A stretch of 64,000 nt of DNA, from NCBI GenBank assembly GCA_019897865.1, contig GCA_019897865.1_4532.1, one strand, 5' to 3'. This document shows, one piece after another, positions 1 through 8,782 of the stretch (positions within the stretch are counted from its first letter, which is position 1; every line of letters starts with the position of its first letter). The DNA is from a phage. Below the pieces are notes generated by a model. The model had not been told where the DNA came from, made no database searches, and worked only from the letters and a program-made list of their open reading frames with translations. A program made the position numbers and the translations under genes.

Positions 1-156
1 GAGAATAAAGCAGAATGGCATTACGAAATTGTTAAACTTCTTCGCAATCCGAACTATCGGGAAGATCGTGGCTTGTTCTTAGCGGAACATGTTCGAACAC
101 ATTATAATCTGGCAGATGCAAACGAATTGCGACGCCAGGTTATTGAAAGTTTGTAG
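1..156 (+). CDS. Partial CDS (3' end), paralog of the downstream glycosyltransferase-like protein
   Basis: Open frame to TAG at 154-156; C-terminus ...HVRTHYNLADANELRRQVIESL parallels the C-terminus of the next ORF (...YVRTHYHIDVLNERRRLLFEEL). Truncated by window edge. Confidence 0.35.
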   Translation, partial: ENKAEWHYEIVKLLRNPNYREDRGLFLAEHVRTHYNLADANELRRQVIESL

Positions 157-163
157 GTGAAGT

Positions 164-1108
164 ATGGGACAAATAATTCTTGACAATCGTAACGGAATCA
201 ATTATAGTGTCTGCGATTTCCATAGGGTAGTGCTGCCTTACTCAAGGCAGTTCTCTTCACAACCTAAACACAACGTTTTCGTTTTTAACGGAGTGCCAAC
301 AAAAGGTAAAGAGGGCTTTTTAGCCCTTAAAAACCTAGGCTTTAAAATGGTTATGGATTTGGATGACTCTTTAGTTATTCCAAAAGGACACATGTTAGAA
401 GGTATTTTTGAATCAGGTATTCGTGAACATTTAAAATGGTTTTTAGAGCACAGTGATCTTGTTACAACTACGACACCTGCCTTGCAAGTTGAACTTTCAC
501 AATACAATGATAATGTGCACATAATCCCTAATGGACTTCCTTACGATGAAGGTCAATTTGTGTTGACCCGTGACCGCTACTCCAAAACTCCATTAGTCTG
601 GGCTGGAAGTGAAACACATAAACAAGATTTGGCTATCTTGCCCGATTTTGGTAAAGATCTTACAATATGTGGTTTTCGTAGGGATTCTGAAGTTTTAAGT
701 AGTCGTGAATGGTCTGTAATTAGAGAAAATGTAGCACCAACTTGTGTTTATGAAGGTGTAAGACCATATGCCAACTACATGGAATCTTACGATGGTCATC
801 AAATCAGTCTTGCACCATTGATCGATAACGTGTTTAATAATGCAAAAAGCAATCTTAAAATTCTTGAGGCAGGTGCTAAGGGTTTACCTTTAATCTGCTC
901 TCCTCGTGAGAATTATCATACACAAGAGTTTAAAGATTTGTTATTCTTTGCTGAAACACCTTCCGAGTGGAAAGATATTACGGAATACTTATTAAGTGCT
1001 CCCGATGTTTGCATGGAGAAAGGATTAGCATTAGCTAAGTATGTCAGGACTCATTATCACATTGATGTGTTGAATGAGCGTCGTAGACTTTTATTTGAGG
1101 AGCTATAA
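164..1108 (+). CDS. Glycosyltransferase-like protein (GT-B fold, GT1/GT4-type C-terminal motif)
   Basis: 314 aa; C-terminal region ...SLAPLIDNVFNNAKSNLKILEAGAKGLPLICSP matches the classic GT-B motif (E-x7-E region, LEAxAxGxP). Recognised by eye, not by search. Confidence 0.5.
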   Translation: MGQIILDNRNGINYSVCDFHRVVLPYSRQFSSQPKHNVFVFNGVPTKGKEGFLALKNLGFKMVMDLDDSLVIPKGHMLEGIFESGIREHLKWFLEHSDLVTTTTPALQVELSQYNDNVHIIPNGLPYDEGQFVLTRDRYSKTPLVWAGSETHKQDLAILPDFGKDLTICGFRRDSEVLSSREWSVIRENVAPTCVYEGVRPYANYMESYDGHQISLAPLIDNVFNNAKSNLKILEAGAKGLPLICSPRENYHTQEFKDLLFFAETPSEWKDITEYLLSAPDVCMEKGLALAKYVRTHYHIDVLNERRRLLFEEL

Positions 1109-1386
1109 TGATTAACACTTTTGATTTTGAATACACCACTCGTAACGGGAAAGCCTTGGTCGTGGAGGTGGATTACTATTATGAAGAACCTAATCCACTT
1201 TCTCGTGAAAGCGATTGGGATTACCACGGAGGGCTTTTAATTGACGGTATTCGTTTTTATGAAGGATCTACAGAAGTTTTTGAAAAAGATTTAAATGTAA
1301 CTGTAGCAGAAATTGCTTTCCAATTTAGAAAGCACATGGAAGAACTAGAAGCAGAATATATGATGGAGACTAACGAACCATTTTAA
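1108..1386 (+). CDS. Hypothetical protein
   Basis: 92-aa ORF, start overlaps upstream stop (coupled). Confidence 0.45.
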   Translation: MINTFDFEYTTRNGKALVVEVDYYYEEPNPLSRESDWDYHGGLLIDGIRFYEGSTEVFEKDLNVTVAEIAFQFRKHMEELEAEYMMETNEPF

Positions 1387-1398
1387 CAGGAGAACAAA

Positions 1399-3177
1399 GT
1401 GTCGCACATTATAACTAAATATGGATTTGATGTTGATCTTAGCAAGGAAGGGCATACAGGTTGTCCGCGCTGCATGAAAAATGGCAAGGATCGCTCTCGT
1501 AATAACCTGATGGTTTATGGATTAGATTCTAATGGAGAGCATAAAGGTGCTAAGTGCTTTGCGTGTGAATACACTATTCCTAGCGTAGAATGGTTACGAG
1601 AAAATGGTGAAGTTTTAGAAGAAGAGGAGGAGATTGTGGGTTCGGAATTTAATAAACAGATTCATCGTAAAATTGTTCAAGAAACATCAACCAACCCACG
1701 TGGTTATCGAGGCATTAAAGAAAAAGTTTCATCTTTCTATGGTGTTCGTTATGAATACCGTCAGGAAGGGGATCAGATGGTAGTAGAAAGTTGTTTATAT
1801 CCGACTACCATCGGTAAAGAATTGGTTGGTTTTAAGCGTCGTATTCATCCTAAAGATTTCAGTAAACCTATTGGTCAAGTAGGTAAAGATGTAGATCTTT
1901 TTGGACAAATTCGTTTTGCAGACCGTTCTCATACTGTTGTAATTACAGGTGGTGAACACGATGCTCTGGCAGCTTATCAAATGCTATCTGAAAACTTGGA
2001 CAGTAAATATGAGCTTCCAGCCGTAGTAAGTGGCACAACTGGTGAAACCAGTATGTATAAACAAGTTCAGGCACAATATCCTTTCTTTGAAAAATTTAAG
2101 AAGATTATTGTTTGCATGGATAACGACAAAGCAGGTAATGAGGCATTTGAAAATATTGTTAAGGTGTTACCTCGTAACAAAGTCTACCGTATGCAGATGG
2201 ATCTTAAGGATGCCAATCAGTATCTGGAAGAAGGTCGTGCAAAAGATTTCGTAAAAGCTTTTTGGAGTGCTCGTCTATACACCCCAGCAGGTGTTTATGC
2301 TTCTAATGTCTTGTATGAAGCTGCATTGGAATGCTTGGAATCCAAGATGATTACCTTGCCTCCTTTTATGCGTGTTGCTGCAAATATGTTGGGGGGTGGT
2401 TTAGTAGAGGAAGAGATTACAGTCATCCTGGCAAAGACCAGTATCGGTAAAACTTTGATGGTGAACGAGATCACCAAACATATTATTGTTGCGCACCCAG
2501 AACATACCCTAGGTATTCTGTCCTTGGAAGCAACTTATAAGAAATATTCTCGTAACCTGTTGTCCTCGTTCCTGCATATTCCTCTACACAGGAAAACACC
2601 GGAAGAGAAATTTCAAATCTTGGAAGAGAATAAAGAAAAAATCCTAGATTTTTACGAAAGAGAAGATGGATCACCACGTTTTTATGTGTGTGATGATCGT
2701 GGAGCAGATGTGGAGTCTATCAAAGAAAAAGTTTTGGAGATGATCATCTATTTTGGAGTAACAATTCTTGTTATCGACCCTTATTCTGATTTGCTTTCTG
2801 GTATGGATGTTCAAGCCCAGGAAGAGTTAGCAACATGGTTGAAGCGCATCATGAAAGAGTATGCTATAACCATTATCGTCATCTCACACGTTAAGAAGTC
2901 GGCTAATGGTGGCAATGAACACTTAACAGAGGACGATGCAATGGGTAGTAGTTTCTTGGCTAAAGGTGCTGGTATTACCTTGGCTTTGGAACGAGATAAA
3001 GCCGCTGAAGACCCTGTAGAACGCAATACGACTCATTGCTTTATCCTAAAAAACCGTGAGTTCTCGGAAACTGGTCCGGCAGGGCAGTTTTACTATGACA
3101 TTAGAACTGCAACTCTGCATGACAAAGAGCAGTATTTCAACAATCCTGCTAATTTGCCTACGGATAGCAACTATTAA
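1399..3177 (+). CDS. Bifunctional DNA primase/helicase (T7 gp4-like)
   Basis: 592 aa, GTG start after AGGAG; N-terminal Cys4 zinc ribbon (CPRC...CFAC), TOPRIM-like acidic motifs (GGEHD, CMDNDKAGNEA), C-terminal DnaB/RecA-like P-loop (AKTSIGKT). Confidence 0.85.
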   Translation: MSHIITKYGFDVDLSKEGHTGCPRCMKNGKDRSRNNLMVYGLDSNGEHKGAKCFACEYTIPSVEWLRENGEVLEEEEEIVGSEFNKQIHRKIVQETSTNPRGYRGIKEKVSSFYGVRYEYRQEGDQMVVESCLYPTTIGKELVGFKRRIHPKDFSKPIGQVGKDVDLFGQIRFADRSHTVVITGGEHDALAAYQMLSENLDSKYELPAVVSGTTGETSMYKQVQAQYPFFEKFKKIIVCMDNDKAGNEAFENIVKVLPRNKVYRMQMDLKDANQYLEEGRAKDFVKAFWSARLYTPAGVYASNVLYEAALECLESKMITLPPFMRVAANMLGGGLVEEEITVILAKTSIGKTLMVNEITKHIIVAHPEHTLGILSLEATYKKYSRNLLSSFLHIPLHRKTPEEKFQILEENKEKILDFYEREDGSPRFYVCDDRGADVESIKEKVLEMIIYFGVTILVIDPYSDLLSGMDVQAQEELATWLKRIMKEYAITIIVISHVKKSANGGNEHLTEDDAMGSSFLAKGAGITLALERDKAAEDPVERNTTHCFILKNREFSETGPAGQFYYDIRTATLHDKEQYFNNPANLPTDSNY

Positions 3178-3196
3178 GGGCTTCGGCCCTTTTATT
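3177..3196 (+). terminator. Rho-independent terminator after primase-helicase
   Basis: AGGGC-TTCG-GCCCT hairpin followed by TTTTATT. Confidence 0.6.
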
Positions 3197-3207
3197 AAAA
3201 ATACCTG

Positions 3208-3236
3208 TTGACAACTTTACGGAAGGGACTTATACT
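3208..3236 (+). promoter_or_regulatory. Sigma70-like promoter
   Basis: TTGACA (3208-3213), 17-bp spacer, TATACT (3231-3236); AAGAGGAG RBS and ATG at 3270 downstream. Confidence 0.6.
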
Positions 3237-3269
3237 TGTCTCATCAACCAAACAAGAGGAGAAGTAAAA

Positions 3270-3701
3270 ATGCGTATGACAATCGATCTGAATGCAAAAG
3301 TTAAAGCTGCTGGTGCTCTGGGCGCTGGTGTTATTAAACACAAACAAGCGTTGGCATTTGCCATCCCACATATGATTGTTGAGGATCATCCTGAAGAGTT
3401 TGCTGTAAAAGTTGTTGAGAACAATGTCTCTGTTATTGAACATCTTCCAACTGGACGTTCTTACCGTGTTGTTTCTTCTAGAGGTTTCCGTTTCGATGTA
3501 AGCCCTTCTTTCACAAAAGGTGCTGGTCGTAGTAAAGTGGGTATTCTTTCTTACAAATATTATATCGATAAAGTTGCAGATGGTGTCGCATTCTGTCGTG
3601 TAAGTGAAGGTAAAGTAGATATCATCTTTAAAAATACCAAAAACATGGTTATTTCTGACGATGGGAAAGTTGACCTCACTATTGAGTTCGCTAACAACTA
3701 A
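3270..3701 (+). CDS. Hypothetical protein
   Basis: 143-aa ORF with strong promoter and RBS; no recognisable motif. Confidence 0.6.
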   Translation: MRMTIDLNAKVKAAGALGAGVIKHKQALAFAIPHMIVEDHPEEFAVKVVENNVSVIEHLPTGRSYRVVSSRGFRFDVSPSFTKGAGRSKVGILSYKYYIDKVADGVAFCRVSEGKVDIIFKNTKNMVISDDGKVDLTIEFANN

Positions 3702-3710
3702 GGAGGACTA

Positions 3711-4505
3711 TTGAGCAAGTTGAATACACTTGATCAATATTACACTAACCCCGCTTATGCGGGGTTCTTATGTGATAAGATCAAAGAAATTTTTGGAGAG
3801 GAAGCTAACTACGTAGAACCATCTGCGGGAGAAGGAGCTTTCTCTTCTTGTTTTAAAAACATAACTTCTTTTGATATTGACCCTAAGTTTGAAGATTGTA
3901 TTGAGGCAGATTTTTTAGCTCAATCTGTTGAGTCTGTTGGCAGTGTAACTGCTTTTGTCGGTAATCCTCCGTTTGGAAAAAATGCTAGTCTTGCCATTAA
4001 GTTCTTTAACCATTGTGCTGAAATGTTGGATAACGAAGGTGGTATTTGTTTTATCTTGCCTCGCACATTTCAAAAAATCTTTTTTGCACACAAACTAAAT
4101 CCCCACATGCATCTTCTTTACGAAGAAGAATGTCCAAAAGGATCTTTTATTCTTCATGGAGAACCTTGGGATGTTCCTTGTGTATTCCAGATATGGATTA
4201 AACGCAACGAGAAGCGTTCTCCCGTTGTTTTAGGAGAGAATCGACTGTTCGTATTAGGTAACAGTAAAGACTACGATATAGCCGTTAGGAGAGCGGGAGC
4301 AAGTGCAGGTAAAGTGTTATCAGAAGAAGATTCTTTATCTGAAGCATCTACCTATTTTTTAAAAGCCTTGACTTCTGATCTTAAAACGCGTATCATTGAG
4401 GCTTACCCGTTACTTAAAGCTGAAGCTAGTAAAACTGCGGGAGTAAGAAGTTTAAGTTTAAAAGAACTTCAGTGGGTTCTGGAGAACATTAGAAAGGAGG
4501 AATAG
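3711..4505 (+). CDS. DNA methyltransferase (N6-adenine/N4-cytosine class, orphan)
   Basis: 264 aa, TTG start; DQYYTNP near N-terminus, SAM-binding EPSAGEGAF (motif I), catalytic NPPF (motif IV). No adjacent restriction endonuclease seen. Confidence 0.7.
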   Translation: MSKLNTLDQYYTNPAYAGFLCDKIKEIFGEEANYVEPSAGEGAFSSCFKNITSFDIDPKFEDCIEADFLAQSVESVGSVTAFVGNPPFGKNASLAIKFFNHCAEMLDNEGGICFILPRTFQKIFFAHKLNPHMHLLYEEECPKGSFILHGEPWDVPCVFQIWIKRNEKRSPVVLGENRLFVLGNSKDYDIAVRRAGASAGKVLSEEDSLSEASTYFLKALTSDLKTRIIEAYPLLKAEASKTAGVRSLSLKELQWVLENIRKEE

Positions 4506-7102
4506 TGAGTAAGTTTACATGGGATATTGAAGCAAACGGATTGTTGAATAATGACACTATTGATTATTTAGCTAGTCCTTATCGTCTCAAAGACACATTT
4601 CAAATGCACTGTATTGTCTTAGAGAACCATGAAACAGGAGAAATAGTAGCTTTCCACGATGGCCCTAAATACATCTTTGATGGGCGTCCTTATGAAGAGT
4701 CAGATGGTAAATACACATATGTTCTTAAAGAGTATGTGGCGCAAGATTACACGCATTTTCAACTAAAAGATTTCCCAGACTTTATTAATCATGAAGGTTA
4801 TTTTAAAGACAAGCCTGAATATCTGGTTGAAATGGCTGTGGCTCACAACGGTATCAACTACGACTGGTTGGCTACAAAACTGTTTTATGGATTAGATTAC
4901 AGTGTTAAATATAATACGTGGGGCAAAAATAAGGTAAAACTTATTGACTCCTTGATTTTGAGTAAAGTGTTAAACCCAGATCGAAAGATTGAGGGCAAAT
5001 CAGGACATAGCTTGGCAGCACTTTCTCGAAAAGCAGGTGGTGATGTAAAAATAGATTTCCGTAAAGAGATTCCAGAAGAAGATCGATTTAAGACTTTTGC
5101 TGCGGATATGCTTTATTACTGTATCTATGACAACAAAGCCAATACGAGCGTATATAACTACCTTATGGAAGAATGGGGCGATTATGATAAATGGGAAGGT
5201 CCATTTGAACTTGAACAACGTGTAGCAGACATTATCACACGCCAAGAACACCGTGGGTTTGCTTTTAACATGAAGCAAGCAGAAGAGAACCTTGCTTTTT
5301 TGGATGCAGAAATGGAGCGTCTTCGTTTACTCGTTGAGCCTATTTTGCCACCTAAACCAGCAACAAAAGGCTATCTTAAGGCTTTTATTCCACCTAAGTT
5401 GCAAATTAAAAAGAACTTAGAGCCAACTAACCATATGATCAATTTTGCTAAGAAACATGATGGTCATTTGGAAGAGAGGGATGGCGATTGGTGGTTAGTT
5501 ATGTTGGGGAAAGAGTGGAAACTGCCAGTTGCAGCAGATGAACCTCTATGTGATCCTAACATCCCTGCAACATTGAACGATACAACCCATATTAAAAACT
5601 GGCTTGTAGGATTAGGTTGGGTACCGTCTGAATATAAAGATAAAGACTTGACCCTTAAATCTGGAACCAAGATTAAAAAGAGCGAGGAAGAACTTCAGAA
5701 AGGTATTCGAGCTTACGTTGAGCAAACTCTATCTTCTAATTTTTGTCAGGATCGTTGTGATCATCTGGAGTGCACACCGGAAACCTTGGAAAGGAAGATT
5801 CAAGAGCGTATAGCAAAAGGTAAAGGTCGCGGTCTTAAAGTATTGACTAACCCATGTTTTACCAAAGGTCAGGAAAAAGAAATTTGTCCTAACCTGCAAG
5901 CTTTGGGTGAGAAATTTCCTTATGCTACACAGATTGTAGAATACTTAACGTATAAACACCGTAGGAACTCTATTTTAGGTGGTGGTGCCGATTGGGAAGA
6001 AGACGAAGAAGATCAAGAATACGATAAAGGTTTCTTAGCCGCAGTAAGGGCGGATGGTCGTATTCCTACCCCAGCCGCTACATGTGATGCTGCAACCTCT
6101 CGTATGAAGCATAGATCTGTAGCTAATATTCCTCGTGTCACATCTTTGTTTGGATGGGAGATGCGTAACTTGTTTGGTGTGGAGGTTCCTAAATACTTCC
6201 AGATTGGTTATGACTTCGACTCTTTGGAAGCAAAGATTGAGTCACATTATTGTTGGCGCTACGAACCGGAGCCTCATGAATACTGTAACGCTCTCTTGTT
6301 AGAGAAGCCTAACGATGTTCATACCATGATGGCAAAACGTATTACAGACACTATTGGACGTAAGTTTGAACGTAGTCCAGCGAAATCTGTTAAATACGGG
6401 ATCACTTATGGTGCACAAGCAGACAAGGTTGCTAAAACAATTGGTAGCGATAAGTTTACAGGTCAGTTAGTGTTCGATGCTTTCTGGGAAGCTGCATTCC
6501 CACTGGCACGTCTTAAAGAACGTTTAAACGATTTCTGGGTTAAGACTGGTAAACAGTATGTTTTGGGTATTGACGGTCGTAAGGTTCCTACTCGTTCTGC
6601 TCACGCGATTCTTAACTCTCTGTTCCAAAGTGGTGGGGTTATCTGTGCTAAACGTGCAATGGTTATTTATGACGATATGATCGAAGAAGAAGGACTAAGT
6701 GTTGACTTCTTTAAAGATGACTGGAAGAATAAAGACTTCGTGCAACAAATGATTGCATACCACGATGAAGCCCAGCTTGAAGTTTCTCGTAACCTTGTAG
6801 AATTCAAATGGTTTTCACCTGAATCGTTAGGTTGGAAGAAAGTAGACGATCCTGAAGAACAAAAGAAAATTGATAAAGAATGCCTTGCTAAAGTTGAAGA
6901 ATGGAAGCATAATAAGGAAAAAGAGACGGGACAAATTTGGGCTAATATTCATGAATCTCCCAAAGGTGGATGGTTTACAGCCTATAGTCGGGCAGGTGAA
7001 CTTGCTGCCTTAGCTGTTACTAAGGCTGGAGAATTTTACAATCTTAATGTTCAGCTTACTGCCGGATATGACGTGGGTAATTCCTGGGCATCCTGTCATT
7101 GA
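4505..7102 (+). CDS. DNA polymerase, family A (T7 Pol-like) with 3'-5' exonuclease domain
   Basis: 865 aa; Exo I DIEANGL; polymerase motif A DFDSLEAKIESHY, motif B RSPAKSVKYGITYGAQ, motif C HDEAQLEV. Confidence 0.85.
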   Translation: MSKFTWDIEANGLLNNDTIDYLASPYRLKDTFQMHCIVLENHETGEIVAFHDGPKYIFDGRPYEESDGKYTYVLKEYVAQDYTHFQLKDFPDFINHEGYFKDKPEYLVEMAVAHNGINYDWLATKLFYGLDYSVKYNTWGKNKVKLIDSLILSKVLNPDRKIEGKSGHSLAALSRKAGGDVKIDFRKEIPEEDRFKTFAADMLYYCIYDNKANTSVYNYLMEEWGDYDKWEGPFELEQRVADIITRQEHRGFAFNMKQAEENLAFLDAEMERLRLLVEPILPPKPATKGYLKAFIPPKLQIKKNLEPTNHMINFAKKHDGHLEERDGDWWLVMLGKEWKLPVAADEPLCDPNIPATLNDTTHIKNWLVGLGWVPSEYKDKDLTLKSGTKIKKSEEELQKGIRAYVEQTLSSNFCQDRCDHLECTPETLERKIQERIAKGKGRGLKVLTNPCFTKGQEKEICPNLQALGEKFPYATQIVEYLTYKHRRNSILGGGADWEEDEEDQEYDKGFLAAVRADGRIPTPAATCDAATSRMKHRSVANIPRVTSLFGWEMRNLFGVEVPKYFQIGYDFDSLEAKIESHYCWRYEPEPHEYCNALLLEKPNDVHTMMAKRITDTIGRKFERSPAKSVKYGITYGAQADKVAKTIGSDKFTGQLVFDAFWEAAFPLARLKERLNDFWVKTGKQYVLGIDGRKVPTRSAHAILNSLFQSGGVICAKRAMVIYDDMIEEEGLSVDFFKDDWKNKDFVQQMIAYHDEAQLEVSRNLVEFKWFSPESLGWKKVDDPEEQKKIDKECLAKVEEWKHNKEKETGQIWANIHESPKGGWFTAYSRAGELAALAVTKAGEFYNLNVQLTAGYDVGNSWASCH

Positions 7103-7120
7103 TCTAACATGTTGTTTTAT

Positions 7121-7140
7121 AAGGGGCTTCTGCCCCTTTA
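7121..7140 (+). terminator. Terminator-like hairpin after DNA polymerase
   Basis: AAGGGGC-TTCT-GCCCCTT hairpin then T-rich TTTAT. Confidence 0.5.
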
Positions 7141-7151
7141 TAGGAGAAGAT

Positions 7152-7343
7152 ATGAGTTACGATTTAGATTATTTTGGTATGCCTTACCTACCAGATGAAT
7201 TTGAAGGTGAAGAAGAATGTGAATGGGACGATGGAGATATCCGTTGTTGGTCTTGTGGTAAAGATATGTCCTATGAACAACATATGCACAATGATGGTTT
7301 CTGCATACATTGTTATAATGAAATTGATCTGGAGGAAGATTAA
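7152..7343 (+). CDS. Small acidic zinc-ribbon protein
   Basis: In-frame ATG at 7152 preceded by GGAG; 63 aa with CWSC...CIHC. The track ORF from 7047 is probably an over-extension across the terminator. Confidence 0.5.
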   Translation: MSYDLDYFGMPYLPDEFEGEEECEWDDGDIRCWSCGKDMSYEQHMHNDGFCIHCYNEIDLEED

Positions 7344-7510
7344 TGGGAAATGGTATCATGATTTGCTATAAAATTGTGCGTATTGTCGGAGACGAAATTA
7401 CCACTCGGTATTTTATGATAGAGTCTCAAGCCGATGAGGTTTACAATGACTGGCTTGAAAAAGGTGGATACGATTTTGTATCTAAAGAAACTTTCCGTTT
7501 AGAGGTATAA
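7343..7510 (+). CDS. Small hypothetical protein (55 aa)
   Basis: ATG overlaps upstream stop (TAATG), GGAGG 7 nt upstream; below the ORF-track size cutoff. Confidence 0.4.
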   Translation: MGNGIMICYKIVRIVGDEITTRYFMIESQADEVYNDWLEKGGYDFVSKETFRLEV

Positions 7511-7520
7511 GGAGAAAACA

Positions 7521-7739
7521 ATGCGTAAACTAGTGAGCTTTAATGTTTCAATTCTTATTGATGAACAAAATGAAGATGTTATTAAAGGTCTTGCAAATAA
7601 GATTGCAGGTGGAATGACGGAAGCTGAAGTGTGGGAAGAATGTGCTCGACTTTATGAGGAAGGTGTTATTGAGGTCTTGGGGGATGAGATTAATATGGAC
7701 GATGTTGTAAAAGTAACTGTGGAGCGTATCAATGACTAA
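7521..7739 (+). CDS. Hypothetical protein
   Basis: 72-aa ORF with AAGGAGAA RBS. Confidence 0.5.
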   Translation: MRKLVSFNVSILIDEQNEDVIKGLANKIAGGMTEAEVWEECARLYEEGVIEVLGDEINMDDVVKVTVERIND

Positions 7740-8328
7740 ATCAAAACAAATCAATATTGCCAAAGAAATTCTTACCGTATTAAAGATCGCTGATCCTAAT
7801 TCTGTCTTGGCTGGCGGTGCTGTTCGTGATTGGCGTATTCTTGATATTGCTGGACGTGATCTGGATTTTTACACGTCTCTTCCTGCACATCGATCAGAAG
7901 AGCAAATACAAGACTTGATTGCATCTGCTTTGATGGGAACTAATATTCGTAAACTAGGAAACAAAGAGGCTTCTGATAACTACGAGGGTGTTACTGGTCT
8001 TAAACACGTTTTTGAATTTGAACGTGATGGTCAGCTTTGCAACCTTATGATTATGGACCCAAATGTAATGACAACCTTTCTGAATGAGTTTGATCTGTCC
8101 ATCTGCCAGGCTGCATTTGATGGAAAGGATTGTTATTACTCTAAAGATTTTGAAACAACTTTGGAAACAGGGATCTGCTTCTTGCACAAAGATGTTAGAG
8201 AAGATGCCAAACATGTTATTAAAATCGCTACGCGTTTCCCATATCTTCGCTTTGTTAAAGAGGTTAAGGTTCCACGTCCACCTCAAGTAGATACCAAATC
8301 GGAAGAAGAAGATGATATTCCTTGGTAA
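7732..8328 (+). CDS. Nucleotidyltransferase, CCA-adding/poly(A) polymerase head-domain type, with SSB-like acidic C-terminal tail
   Basis: 198 aa; LAGGAVRDWRILDIAGRDLDFY matches the GGxVRD...DxD signature of class II tRNA nucleotidyltransferases; C-terminus ...SEEEDDIPW resembles the SSB C-terminal tip. Confidence 0.5.
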   Translation: MTKSKQINIAKEILTVLKIADPNSVLAGGAVRDWRILDIAGRDLDFYTSLPAHRSEEQIQDLIASALMGTNIRKLGNKEASDNYEGVTGLKHVFEFERDGQLCNLMIMDPNVMTTFLNEFDLSICQAAFDGKDCYYSKDFETTLETGICFLHKDVREDAKHVIKIATRFPYLRFVKEVKVPRPPQVDTKSEEEDDIPW

Positions 8329-8335
8329 TTAAAGC

Positions 8336-8365
8336 TTGACAATATTAAACATTTTATGATAGGAT
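8336..8365 (+). promoter_or_regulatory. Promoter-like element (cTTGACAA family), possibly giving a near-leaderless transcript
   Basis: TTGACA 8336-8341, about 18-bp spacer, TAGGAT; ATG at 8374 has no SD. Spacer shares ...AAACATTTTATG... with tRNA promoter 2. Confidence 0.4.
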
Positions 8366-8373
8366 AGCATTCA

Positions 8374-8766
8374 ATGACTGAACGTTCTAAGATAGCTGTT
8401 GAAACTGTTTATGGAAACTATACCAGTTTGACACTAGTTGAGAAAAATGTTGTAGGTCTTGACAACTCTTTTTATTTTCAAATTTTGGTTATTCAAGGTG
8501 GAAACAAGAAGCTAACTGCTCGTGTTGAAACATCTGAAATAATTGAAACCACTGTTACAAACAAAGAATTCATTTCACTGCAAGATACAATCCGAAACGT
8601 TATAGACGAAGAAGGCAAAGCTGCCACAATTAAACTCGGAGGTTTCCCAGTGCAAATAGTTCATTTTCCTAATGGTGAAATTGGAGTTGGAATAGGTAAA
8701 GGTAAATACCTGTTAGAGCAAGATGATATGGAAAGACTCCGCTCTTTCTGTGCAAAATTAATGTAA
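8374..8766 (+). CDS. Hypothetical protein
   Basis: 130-aa ORF. Confidence 0.5.
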   Translation: MTERSKIAVETVYGNYTSLTLVEKNVVGLDNSFYFQILVIQGGNKKLTARVETSEIIETTVTNKEFISLQDTIRNVIDEEGKAATIKLGGFPVQIVHFPNGEIGVGIGKGKYLLEQDDMERLRSFCAKLM

Positions 8767-8782
8767 TGTAGAGGAGATAATA

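Noticed and set aside
238-522. Antisense ORF (94 aa) inside the glycosyltransferase-like gene; same pattern for many other short ORFs lying inside or antisense to large genes (e.g. 1795-1980, 5000-5278, 8915-9628, 10363-10587, 12869-13204, 41077-41883, 42437-43003).
   Set aside because: They lie wholly within longer ORFs that carry recognisable protein motifs, have no ribosome-binding sites, and show odd low-complexity or Cys/Phe-rich composition typical of antisense frames in AT-rich DNA.
4505-7102. Possibility of a second intein in the DNA polymerase (865 aa is longer than T7 Pol).
   Set aside because: No Cys/Ser-initiated insert with intein block A/B/G signatures interrupting a polymerase motif was seen; the extra length is consistent with ordinary family A polymerase insertions.
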